This document shows, piece by piece, positions 27,100 through 38,700 of a DNA stretch of 64,000 nt. A program made the position numbers and the translations under genes. Each line of letters opens with the position of its first letter. Within the stretch, counting starts at the first letter, position 1. Below the pieces are notes generated by a model. It was not told the DNA's origin. It saw only the letters and a program-made list of their open reading frames with translations, and made no database searches. The stretch is from Antedon mediterranea (taxonomy: Eukaryota; Animalia; Echinodermata): NCBI RefSeq assembly GCF_964355755.1, contig NC_092674.1, forward strand, positions 1,302,001 to 1,366,000. Reading direction: 5' to 3'.

Positions 27100-27705
27100 T
27101 AAGGTATAAAAAATCAATTAAATGCATTTACATACAGTTGAGAAAAGTGGTGTTTTATTGTCCAAAAACACTCTGTGACAGTTTCGATAACACACCTACG
27201 CTCGTCTCGTCTCGTCGCGTCGTCGTACACACACAAAACGCCCAAAAAAACACACACGTCCAGAGGTCGTGTCCTTTCCGCATGGATGAGTTCACACTAT
27301 TAACTACTGTACACTGGAATTACATCGTTTGTCTATGCACCCCCTGCTGATTATAGTTTAGATTGTATTTATAGAAATTAGACCACTCCATAATTTATCA
27401 ATGTATACAAAAGAGATAGTAACTGATGACTATAAACAAGAATAAGTGAAATGGAAATTAATTTAGTAATATAATCATAAAAACTGTGTAAATAAGTAGA
27501 CCCTATCATATCTCTGCACTAACAATATTCTCGACTTGTGATTGGTCAAAACTATAAAGAGGGCGACAGACCACACCAAGACTCGAGAAGAAGTCGATTG
27601 TTATGATCAAAGATCGTATAGCGCCACGTAGTGGCGCTATAGTATCTTTGGTTATGATGTACAGTAATTAATTTTGCAAAAACAAAACAAAAACAACTTG
27701 AGAAC
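27100..27705. promoter_or_regulatory. Probable bidirectional promoter for PLSCR (-) and PIPOX (+)
   Basis: Head-to-head arrangement, local CpG enrichment at 27180-27290, an inverted CCAAT box (gattgg) at 27540 and a CTCF-like palindrome. Confidence 0.6.
27608..27650. mobile_element. 43-bp TIR-only insert with an 8-bp TSD (P-superfamily-like footprint or mini-element)
   Basis: gttatgat|caaagatcgtatagcgccac-gta-gtggcgctatagtatctttg|gttatgat; TSD at 27600-27607 and 27651-27658. Confidence 0.7.
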
Positions 27706-30700
27706 ATGGCTAGTATCTTTGGAGGTGATGGCGTATTTGATTATATTGTAGTAGGGGCTGGTATAGAAGGATCTTCAACTGCATACCGACTTGCAAAAGA
27801 CAACAAATCCGTGCTCCTTCTTGAACAGGTAGGCCTACTAGGCTAGCTAGGGCCAGGCCCGGGCTTATTTTAGTCCTTCTTGCTTTCTACCTAATTAGCT
27901 TAGTAGTATAAGTACTATACTACGTAGTCTAGTCTAGTCTAACTAACTGGTTAAAACCTGATCTGAGAAGAGAAATCATCCATCCAATAAATTATTTGGA
28001 AGGTATGGTGCGTCACCAGTGTTATAACTCACTTTGGGAATTTTATCCTGGGTAACAATAATTTGTAAGACTGGAATTTGTCCTTAAAAAACATTAGAAA
28101 TAAAATCACATTTGTTAAAGCATGCAGGGGTTTCTTCCATGGTTAAACATAAAAACAGCAGTGTTTCAGATTAATTTTTTTTTTATTTTGTAGTTTCCGT
28201 TACCTCATTCACGAGGAAGTTCGCATGGAAAATCACGGATTACGAGATACACGTACGCCCAAGATTATTACATGGCTATGATGCCAGAGAACTATAGATG
28301 CTGGAAAGTCCTGCAGGATGAAGTGGGCAAGGAGCTCTATATGTGAGAACATACCAAGTCATGACTACATTTCACAAAAATAAAAAGACACACGTGCAGT
28401 GGTGTAACGCTGAAGCCCCTTCCTATGTGGTCTTCCAACAGTGGATGACTTCAGTGTTTTTATCCTTTTTCGACATATTTTAGTGCATGTTGTTTCCTCT
28501 CTGCCCTGCTCATGGGCTCCTGTAAGCTTCTTGGTCCCTGGGCTTAGTCAGTGAGCGCTCATAGCCTTACGTCACTGCACACGTGCAGGTCAATTCAAGA
28601 ACAATCATTGATTGTTAATTAAAAAAAACAATAGAAAACTCTGTACAGTTATTGTTTTATTTTTTGAAATTTTCAACCATGTTTATAGTACAAAAAAGTA
28701 CATTAAAAATACACAAAAATGTATCAATGTAAAATTTTATGTTACCATTAATTCAGTTAAATCGTAGAGCTTGTCCTTGGACCAGCATGAAATTAATAGA
28801 TAATAGTTCTTTGATACTTGAACAATTATAATTTGTTAATTGTAATATTTGTTTTATTCCAGAAAAACTGGCCTACTATGCATAGAAAAGAACTTTGGCG
28901 AAGAATTTCAGATATCTCGTGAACTGTTAATAAAAAACAAATTGGAATTTGGAGATATTACTGCAAGTGCGGCCTGTAATAGGTGGCCAGGATTGCAGTT
29001 CAACTCAAGTTATGGAATGTTTATTGACGAACAAGCCGGTGTCCTGAGAGCTGACCGATGTCTTGAAGCCTTTCACGTAAAAAACATTTCATGCATCAAT
29101 CAAACATAGGCCTATCTTTTTTTTTTAATGTAATGCAACATTTTAATAACATAATTTAAAATTGTACAGATAATGTTTGTTATATATATATTTCTAAAGT
29201 TGTTATATATTTTAACTGTGTATGAATTTTATGAGCTACGAACAACAAATTATTTCTTGAAAGATTGAATGTATCCGGCAGATTTTTTTTTTTTATTAAA
29301 CTTTGTTTAATGAGGGTGACTCAAACAGTCGAGGCTGACATGCATAAGGCCCTTCACAATTAAAAAATGGGAACGATACAAATACGAAAAGACGAGAAAA
29401 AGATAACAAAAAGAGAAAAAAAGAGACCAATAAAAAATAAATATATATCTCCCTGTATGTATGATGTTTTTATGTGAGACGAATAAAGTTTCTGCATTCT
29501 GTATATACCTTTATTTTAATCACAATGTATTTTTTTAATTAAAAAATCTTTCTCTTTTTTTAAAGCAAATTTTCAGAAAAAATGGAGGAGTACTAAAAGA
29601 TTCTGAAAAAGTATTGAGAATTATTCCTGGCACGATGGTAACCGTGGAAACAAATAAATCAAGTTATAAAGCCAAGAGCATTGTGTTAGCTCCAGGAGCT
29701 TGGTCAAGTGCGGTACTTAAGCCACTTGGCTTGAATCTACCTCTCAAGGTACTTCCTTACATATTTTAAGGCCGAAATCAAGCTTTATGTGACAAAAAAA
29801 TGTGATGTGCCCATATATGGACATAAAGCTGTCATATCACTACCATATTTGGAAATCACTACCATATTTGGAAATCACTACCATATTTCACACTTTTTTT
29901 GTGAAACTAGTTTGATAGTGTAGACAGAGCTGAAGGTATATGATATTTAAGAAACATTTAACATGTTAACATTACTCAAATTTATGTAGTGTTTCACATT
30001 TATTTAGTACATATACTTAGTACACACTTACAGTAGTACATTACGTTAGTAAACATATTACGTATAACACAATACATTTTTGATCACCTTTAAAATCAGT
30101 TATTTGTTTAAAACCTTAAAGGTTTGGCGTATCAATGTGTGTTATTGGAAAATCAAGAATCCAACAGATTTCCAAGATATGCCAGTGTTTATTGATTATT
30201 CTGGAACCCATCATATATATGGTTTACCATGTCTGGAATACCCTGGCCATATGAAGGTATGGTATGTTGGAAGAAACAGTCTACAGCACCCCTTTGGTAA
30301 AACTTAGACTGAACAGTTGTATAATATGTTTCTTTCTTATACAACATTTGCTATTGCATACATCATGGTTTTAAACTACATTTGAAAACCACCCCTGGGA
30401 AGCAAGTATGTTACCTAGAAAAACTAAACGGTTTTTCAGTTTGAAAAAGCAAGAGGAACATGTTAACTTATGGTGAATAGGGAGATTTTGATTTGTAATG
30501 ACCTACGACCTAGGAGCCAGCTAGGTCAGGTCAATTGGTGTGTCATCAGTCATCATCTAGACCTACTGTAGAAATCATAAAAACTGTCTTGATATGCAAA
30601 CAAGCACAAGTTTTAATTTCCCCCCGATTATCGCATATCGAAAGCTAACTAGTATTTATAGCGAGGTACATTTTTAGAAACAGCACAATGTACTGTAATT

Positions 30701-31962
30701 CAACTTTCTGTCCTAGATCTGCTACCACATTGGTAACAACCACATTGACCCTGAACTACGAGATGCTGAAGCTGGTGGCAGACAAAATGATATTGAAATA
30801 TTAAAGAAATTTGTGCAAGATCACTTCCCAGGTTTAGAGTCACAACCCAGTATTATTGAAACCTGTATCTATACAGTAAGTCTTTCTAGCCATAGTATTA
30901 CACATGCTAAAACTTTTTTTGTAACCACTTTCTCCAATTATGAGTAATGCTTGCACCGATATGTTAGAATCCTCCTCTCTCCAACTTGCTGTCTTTCCCT
31001 TGATTTTGTTGTCTAAATGCAAATTATATCTAACAAAGACAAAATACAAAAGTATTTTGTAATTATGGATATGTTTCTAATCAAATACTTCCTCTTTTTA
31101 ATTTTCAAATTAAACCAATTATCCTACAACCCTTTCCATTGTGATCAATTCTACCAATTATCCCACAACCCTTTCCATTGTGATCCATTCTACCAATTAT
31201 CCTACAACCCTTTCCATTGTGATCCATTCTACCAATTATCCCACAACCCTTTCCATTGTGATCCATTCTACCAATTATCCTACAACCCTTTCCATTGTGT
31301 GATCCATTCTACCAATTATCCTACAACCCTTTCCATTGTGATCCATTCTACCAATTATCCTACAACCCTTTCCATTGTGATCCATTCTACCAATTATCCC
31401 ACAACCCTTTCCATTGTGATCCATTCTTCCTTGACAGTTTTCTTATGTTTTATATCTTTAGACTACTCCTGATGACGGGCCTGTACTGGATGTTCACCCA
31501 GTTTATCCAAACATTGTCATAGGATGTGGATTTTCAGGTTTGTGTGGGCTTCACCAATTTTGAATTAAAAATCACATAAAAAAATAACAAATTCCTAACC
31601 TTAATTTAGGCTAATTCAGACACAAAACTTAGGTAATAAATACAAAGGTTAGTTCAATCCAATAGATTCAATCCCCATAATTTTTTCCAAATCATGTACC
31701 TTATAGGCCCACTGGGACTATACTTGGTCATATACATTATGGTCATGTTATACTAGAAAACGATATGAAATGACAATCCATAATTGCTTTTGTGGTTCAA
31801 CTTAAACATGCTCTGTTATACTTAATTCTTACAGGTCATGGGTTTAAGTTAGCACCAGTGGTTGGACAGATTCTGTCGGACTTGGCTTCAGGAAAAGCGC
31901 CATCGTTTGATATATCACATAACAGAATATCGCGGTTCAATATTCAAAATTCACGGCTGTGA
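27706..31962 (+). CDS. PIPOX: Peroxisomal sarcosine / L-pipecolate oxidase (about 388 aa)
   Basis: Exons 27706-27828, 28194-28342, 28863-29076, 29566-29748, 30122-30256, 30717-30875, 31462-31537 and 31835-31962 sum to 1167 nt. Motifs: FAD-binding [51 protein letters not shown] (flavinylated Cys motif) and [12 protein letters not shown]-terminal PTS1 is -SRL. Confidence 0.95.
31113..31427. repeat. 39-bp tandem repeat, about 8 copies, in a PIPOX intron
   Basis: Unit accaattatcctacaaccctttccattgtgatccattct. Confidence 0.95.
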
Positions 31963-33300
31963 TTGTAAATTCAAATTACTACTGCAGTAAAGTAATTTTT
32001 GTTTGTATTTTCACGTCTAAGACATTAATTGTTTTTTATAAATTTATTTTAGTTTAGATCATGGGACTGGTGACTCTTGTAGTTACTTCTTTACTTATTT
32101 ATTTTAGCAGTCCTGATTATTTCAGCTGCTGTATATTTTACATATGGTTTGTTGGTCAAATAAATAAATGAAAAGAATGTGAATAGAAATGATGAAAGAC
32201 TGCTGTGTGAACATGAAAAAACAGAAGAGAGCATAATAATCCTAATAAACCAATCAGGTCATTTAATTTCTTGCTATATTTGGTCTTTGTAAATTAATAA
32301 CTGATAACAAATTATTATTACACTGTAAAATTAATTGATATATAATTATACTATGGTACTATAATTAAGGGATTTAACTTTTATTTATTAATAAAGGAGA
32401 TAAACACTTATATAATGTTCTGATTTTGTATTTGGAACCACATTCGATCGGTAAAAGGAGGTTTTATTTCTTCGGTGAAAAATGTCAATTTTCATACAAT
32501 ATTAACAAGTTTCTTTATTTCGGCTACATTATGTTGCTGCCCTCTATTCGTAACACGTGAGTTAACTTTATTAATCGACCATATTTCGCTACGCACACGT
32601 CACAACAAAAGAAGTTGTTATTAGACTGAAAAGTAAGTTTAAATTTAAAGTTATCGACGCTAATTTGTCTATGAATCATACCAATATATAATAATGAATT
32701 ACACTCTCATAAAATTCCCAGGCTAAATGTTGGCCTATTCTTGGTAAGTGATGTGCTAGGCCACACATGGTTAGTCACCGCCGGTAAATAGACGATATAT
32801 CCGGGGGAGAGATGATAACAGAGACGATTGGGTCTAGGCTACCTTTGCTCAACTTTCAGCCACCGGTTGGATAAAAGGAGAGATAACAGCACCAGGACCA
32901 CTTACTAGTTGGTTTAATCCTGCACGAACGACAGCACTTACACTCAATGCAATAATTCACAATTCCCTGTCCTTAAAAATCCCTTTCTTTTCATTAAACA
33001 AAAGTCAAAATGGATAGTAATAAATTATAGTATTTATTAATATTTTATAAATAATGTCAATGGTTGGCCATTTATGCAGGTAGAACGCAACAAAAGTAAC
33101 AGTATCTGGTGTCGGTAATATATCCCATTTCAATAATCTTGTCCAACAATGAGCCATCAACTACAATATTTTTTGTTTTCATTATTGCCAAGCTAGCTAT
33201 CTGAACTGTACTTAGTGTTGTATCTCATACATTACATTCAGTGCCGCAGTCAAATTCTATTATCACTCTCGGCTTTTACATTTTTGTTATTTTCAGTATT

Positions 33301-34633
33301 ATGGCGGTTGATAATCAGTACTTTCGATTGCCCAGTGTTTTCTGGATGGTATCTGTCTCGAGTGGCATTGCACTATTAACGGTAAGTTCATTGTCATTTC
33401 CCAGTGTTTTCTGGATGGTATCTGTCTCGAGTGGCATTACACTATTAACTGTAAGTTCATTGTCATTGTCCAGTGTTTTCTGGATGGTATCTGTCTTAAG
33501 TGGCATTGCACTATTAACGGTAAGTTCGATGTCATTGCCCAGTGTTTTCTGGATGGTATCTGTCTTGAGTGGCATTGCACTATTAACGGTAAGTTCGATG
33601 TCATTGCCCAGTGTTTTCTGGATGGTATCTGTCTTGAGTGGCATTGCACTATTAACGGTAAGTTCATTGTCATTGCCCAGTGTTTTCTGGATGGTACTGT
33701 CTTGAGTGGCATTACACTATTAACGGTAAGTTCATTGTCATTTACTTTTCCTTCTTTAAATTTTATATAAATATTTTTGATAAATAAAGATTTTGATAAA
33801 TTAAAACATTACTTGTTGATTTTTTTTTTACAGCTAGCAACTTTTACTCCAGCAGTAGTTCCACATGAGTACCTTGGACCAATTGGATGGTTAACTAGAT
33901 ATTTAGTCAATGAATGGCCTGCTATACTTAATATATTGTAAGTACAAACTTGAAATACAGTTTATACAGTATACAGTAATTATGTACATGATTTCATTAA
34001 TATTTAATTAAATTTTTAAAATCTTGTGATATTGCAGAATGGTATTCACAATAGCATCACACACTGTAGAAGCTTGTTGTGCAGTAAACACTGCTAAGTA
34101 AGTTGTTTATTTATTGTTTATAATAGATTTATCCATCCTTAGTATAAAAGGTTCATCTGGATCTCTGTATAGTATTCAGAGATTTGTTTCTGTAATTAGC
34201 AAGTTTGTTGGATGAAATGAAAAAACTGTATGAACAATTGGATGAAACAAGATATATCACCATTCTTCATCTACTTCACATCTTAAGTATTTAAAAGTAT
34301 TTTGTTAATGTTAAATTAGCTTGCATTACATGTACCTACCAGTATAGTAGTAATTCTTATGATAAGTGGTTTAACCATAAGAATGTAAAAAAAAAAAAAC
34401 ATTTTCTGTTGAGCACAATGGTTTCCACATTTAAGTACAGAAGTTTAAACTTCTATATTTAAGCATAGACTTTCACTTATTTATTTTTTTCATGGTATAA
34501 CTTTGGTGTTTTTTTTGTCAGAAATAAATCAATTGAAAACCCAGCGAGACGGAAATGGTTGATATCTGTATTTGTGTTTGGTTATTTTTCCTACAGGCAT
34601 CTACTTGCCTACAAGCCAAATAAAAGCAAGTGA
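33301..34633 (+). CDS. TMEM254: Transmembrane protein 254-like (about 118 aa using the first donor)
   Basis: Exons 33301-33381, 33834-33937, 34038-34097 and 34522-34633 sum to 357 nt: MAVDNQYFRLPSVFWMVSVSSGIALLT|LATFTPAVVPHEYLGPIGWLTRYLVNEWPAILNIL|MVFTIASHTVEACCAVNTAK|NKSIENPARRKWLISVFVFGYFSYRHLLAYKPNKSK*. This matches recalled TMEM254 motifs (YF..W, LGPxG..YLV, HxxE, W...FG..S..L.AYK). Candidate 5'UTR donors are near 32633 and 32744. Confidence 0.85.
33328..33741 (+). repeat. 69-bp tandem repeat, 6 copies, copying the 3' part and splice donor of TMEM254 coding exon 1
   Basis: Each unit ends ctattaac(g/t)|gtaagttc(a/g)ttgtca. Exon-end positions are 33381, 33450, 33519, 33588, 33657 and 33725; the last copy has a 1-bp deletion. 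Confidence 0.93.
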
Positions 34634-35777
34634 AATTAGCAGCATGTAAGCTATTGATATCATGTAACTTTAGAAGATTTGTTTATCAACATGAGGGTAC
34701 AGTATTATAAATTACAGTAATATATATTAGGGCTTACATAATTTTGTGAATTTTAATATTTTTAGTTAATTCTCTTCGCAGAAACTAAATTACCAATTGC
34801 AGGATACTTATTAGTGTCATTTGCATTACTTAAACTCTGTCTACACTATCAAACTTTATGTGACAAAGAAAGTGTCATGTCATCACACTTTTTTTGTCAA
34901 ACTAGTTTAATAGTGTAGACAGAGCTTTAAATTGGTGCTTTTGTAAGAGGTAAAATATTGATGATGAGGTTTGATTGTAGTTTTCTGTTATAAACAGAAT
35001 TTTGTCTATGCAATAAGTTTTAATTCTTGTAATTTTAATATTTATCATTTTATGTATTTGATGTATGTAAGATGCTTTGATCTTTTTGAAAGGCCGCCTT
35101 ATAAGTAGCATATATTACAGTATTATGAGATACAAATTAAATAGAATTTTTATGTATGGGATAAAATTGAGTTCAAGTTTAATGTTTTTAATTTATATAA
35201 AAGGTATTGTCACCTTTATAATCAGTATTTTCGTAAAATGTCGTCTTTGCAACATTAATGGTAAACTGGATCACATTGGTATAATAATAAATTATAATAA
35301 TAAATTATTAAATAAAATGAATATTTCAACATAATCTCCTCTATCTTTTTTTTTATTGTGTAAAAGTTTGGTCGACAACACCCAGTCCTGTGTCCTGATT
35401 GGTCGACAACACCCAGTCCTGTGTCCTGATTCAACACAACTAAATACAAAAAATAATACAAAAAGGTACACAAGCTTTCAGTATTTTAATCTGGCTCAAT
35501 TCCCATACAGTATTAAAAAAAACGTTTACAAAGAAAAGGCTTAATATATTAAATGATTACATTGTTGTTTTAATGTCAAATATCATTCAGGTCAGAGTCT
35601 TCCAAACTCTGGTTCTTCCTCACGACAAAGAAGAGTTATGAATTTTGGTCATTTTCAATCTACAATATCATTTTAACAACAGAACAGAATAATTATATAT
35701 GCTTTAACATAAGAGATGCAAATCTATTGAAGTAATGTTTTTGTATCATTATGACTGAGTTGTACTCCTCAATTCCT

Positions 35778-38700
35778 CTAATCTTCATCCACATATTCAA
35801 ACGGCTCTGGGGGTTCTGGTTCCTTTTCTTCCTCAGCGAGAGATGGACCGCCAGCTGAAAATAATAATTTTAAATCATCAGCACAAATGATTTTCGTTAA
35901 GCCTTGTCTACACTATCAAACAAAATGTGATGTGGCCATACATGGACATAATGATGTCATATCAAGTCATATTTTGGCATAGCACTACCATATTTGGGCA
36001 CAGCACACTTTTTTTTTTCAAACTAGTTTCATAGTGTGGACATAGTTTTATGTAATGTTACATAATGCTGAATGGGGTTTTACTGTAAATCGATTAATGA
36101 GGAATATGAATTACATATCCTAAAACTGTATATCTTGCATACAATGCAAGTCCGTTATTATTTAGTACTTACCTGCAACAGTTTCAACAACTTGTTCAGG
36201 TTCTTCTTCTGTGAATGCTTTGCGAGCTTTCATCATCACAATGCCACCACTTGAAAGCTGAAATTACAATACAATAAATCATATTCATTATGCACTGTTT
36301 GACTGTGTAGCACATACAGTATAAAGCTGTCTACACTATCAAACTTTATGTGACAAAAAAAAATGTTTATGTGTCCATATATGGACATGATAATGTGACA
36401 TCACTACCATATTTAAGAATATCACTGCTTTATTTGGGCACATACTTTTTTTGTCAAACTAGTCTGATAGTGTAAACAGAGCTTAACACTAAACAGTTTT
36501 ACCACTAAATAGTATTAACACTAAAGATAGACTCACCGACTTGAGAGGTTCGTATCTGCTGTCCTCTAGAGTTAACACCTTCAATTGTGCCGTCATCACT
36601 CTTGCAGGGTTTGCCAACATTTCAAAAGCAGGTTCCACTTTCTTCTCTTTACTCTCTGATTTCTCGTCTCCCTTCTTCTCTTTCTTATCTTCTTTCTTTT
36701 CTTTACCACTTTTCTTATCCTCCTTTGTTTCTTTCTCGGATTTCTTCTCTTCTTCCTTCTTTACAGTCTCTTCTTTCTTTACAGTCTCTTCCTTCTTTAC
36801 ACTCACTTCTTTCTTTACAGTCACTTCTTTCTTTTCGCCTTCCTTCTTCTTTGTTTCTTTCTTTGAAGTTTTTTCTGTCTCTTTATCTTTTTCACTTTTC
36901 ACAGCGTCTTCAGAAGATTCATCCTTTTATACAAAATAGAAACAGATTATTTTTTAATGAAATTAAAATAAATTATACCAAAATGAAACAAAATAAAAAT
37001 TTCTTACCACATCCATCTTCTCTTCTTTTTCTTCCTTTTTCTCTCTCTTCTTCGCCTTTGCCGTGATGGACAACACTGCTGTTGTCACTTTTTCCTTCTC
37101 CTTTTCCTTGGGAGTTTCCAAAGGTGCTGGGTAGCCATACATCGATGGTTTGGCATTAGATTTCAACTCTAAGACTGGCATGTTGAGGTCGGCATTTAAT
37201 GCTATCACAGCGGTTGGTGAGAACGACAAGGACAGGAAGTGCGCAAGAGGGAACCAATACCAAAGGTGAATAAACACAAACATACCGACAATAGAGGGAG
37301 CATGCATGTGACCGCTTTGGGATTGTAATCTGATGGTAACATTTCGACCACCTACAAAAATAAAATATATTTTATCAATAAAAAGAGAAGCATCATTTAC
37401 AATCAAACATGCATATTTTTGAAAGAGGAGGATGCTGGGATAGATATTGCAATATGTAATCTTACCAGCATCAATGATACCCTGTGCAATAATGGCGCCA
37501 AATTTAGCCATCACGTCCTCATGCTTGTCAGATAAGGTTTTGCTGTAAACATTTTTGAAAAATGTTACCTGGAAAATTAAAATGAATACATTTATATATA
37601 AATATCTAGCACCTGAGATACTCCTCATGAAACAGCTTGTATTTGCAGTGCATTAAAAAAACGTTCAAATCATACATTATTGCAGGACAGAAACTGCAGT
37701 AACTGCAGTATTTACACATATAATGCAGAAATAATTCACTTATCTATCAGGCTTTACATAATAAAAGGTGAAATACCTTTGGACAAGTAGCTTCTGTCTG
37801 CTGAATCAATATAATTGCGGAGGAAATGAGGGCGCCCTGTCTGACGTAATTAACTGGATCATTTAACATCGGCTCCAAGATACCAAGGGCTTCCTGAATG
37901 GGAAAAAAAACCAACTTTGTTTATAGCAGCAGTTAATTTGTTTAAACTTTTTATTATTTTAGTTTTTAAGTTCTATCTATTGCTGTATTCACACAATATA
38001 CAGTCCAGTAGCTATATGTAACATTTTTTGTTAGAAATAAATACAGTATGACATGACAAGTTTCAGTAGAATGAGCGCTGAGAAATCCTGACTGAAATTT
38101 AAAAAGTAGATTATTTTCCTCCAGATAATTATACAGCTGGGAAAAGACTGCTCGCTCCAGAATTTTGAAAGCTATAGGGAGAATACTGATTGGTCTATAG
38201 GTAGAAAACTAAACTGGGCTAAAGTGTGAACGTAACTTATTTAAAGCATGTTTTTTGATACTGTATATGGCATCTACTCTTACCTTGTTTCCAGATCCTG
38301 CACAAGCGATACCTAATGCCATTGCCGCACCATACCTCACATGTGAGTTGTAACTCTCAGACAGCAATGAAACAGCATTTGGACACTGTTCAGGTTGTCT
38401 AAATAAATTTTAATTTTAAAGTAATAATTAAGTAGTGATTAAAATCATTAATCATTTTTAATAAAAAACCTTTTAATTTATTGAACATTTTAAATAAGTA
38501 TTTCATAGATTTTCAGTCAAATTTGACAAATGTTTACATTGATGAATTTCGTATAAAGGTTATAAATAATCAGTAAATTACCACAATATAAATTATCTTC
38601 TTAACTGAATTGGTTTAAATGCTTAATTCAATCACTCACTCTACTATAAACACAAGATCTACATTTCTTTTCAAGCTATTGCTATTAAAAAGTAATTTTC

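Noticed and set aside
31017-31522. ORFs with [13 protein letters not shown] repeats
   Set aside because: A 39-bp intronic tandem repeat in PIPOX with a frame-breaking 2-bp insertion.
36541-37066. Plus-strand Ser/Phe-rich ORFs
   Set aside because: Antisense shadows of the PSMD1 KEKE exons.
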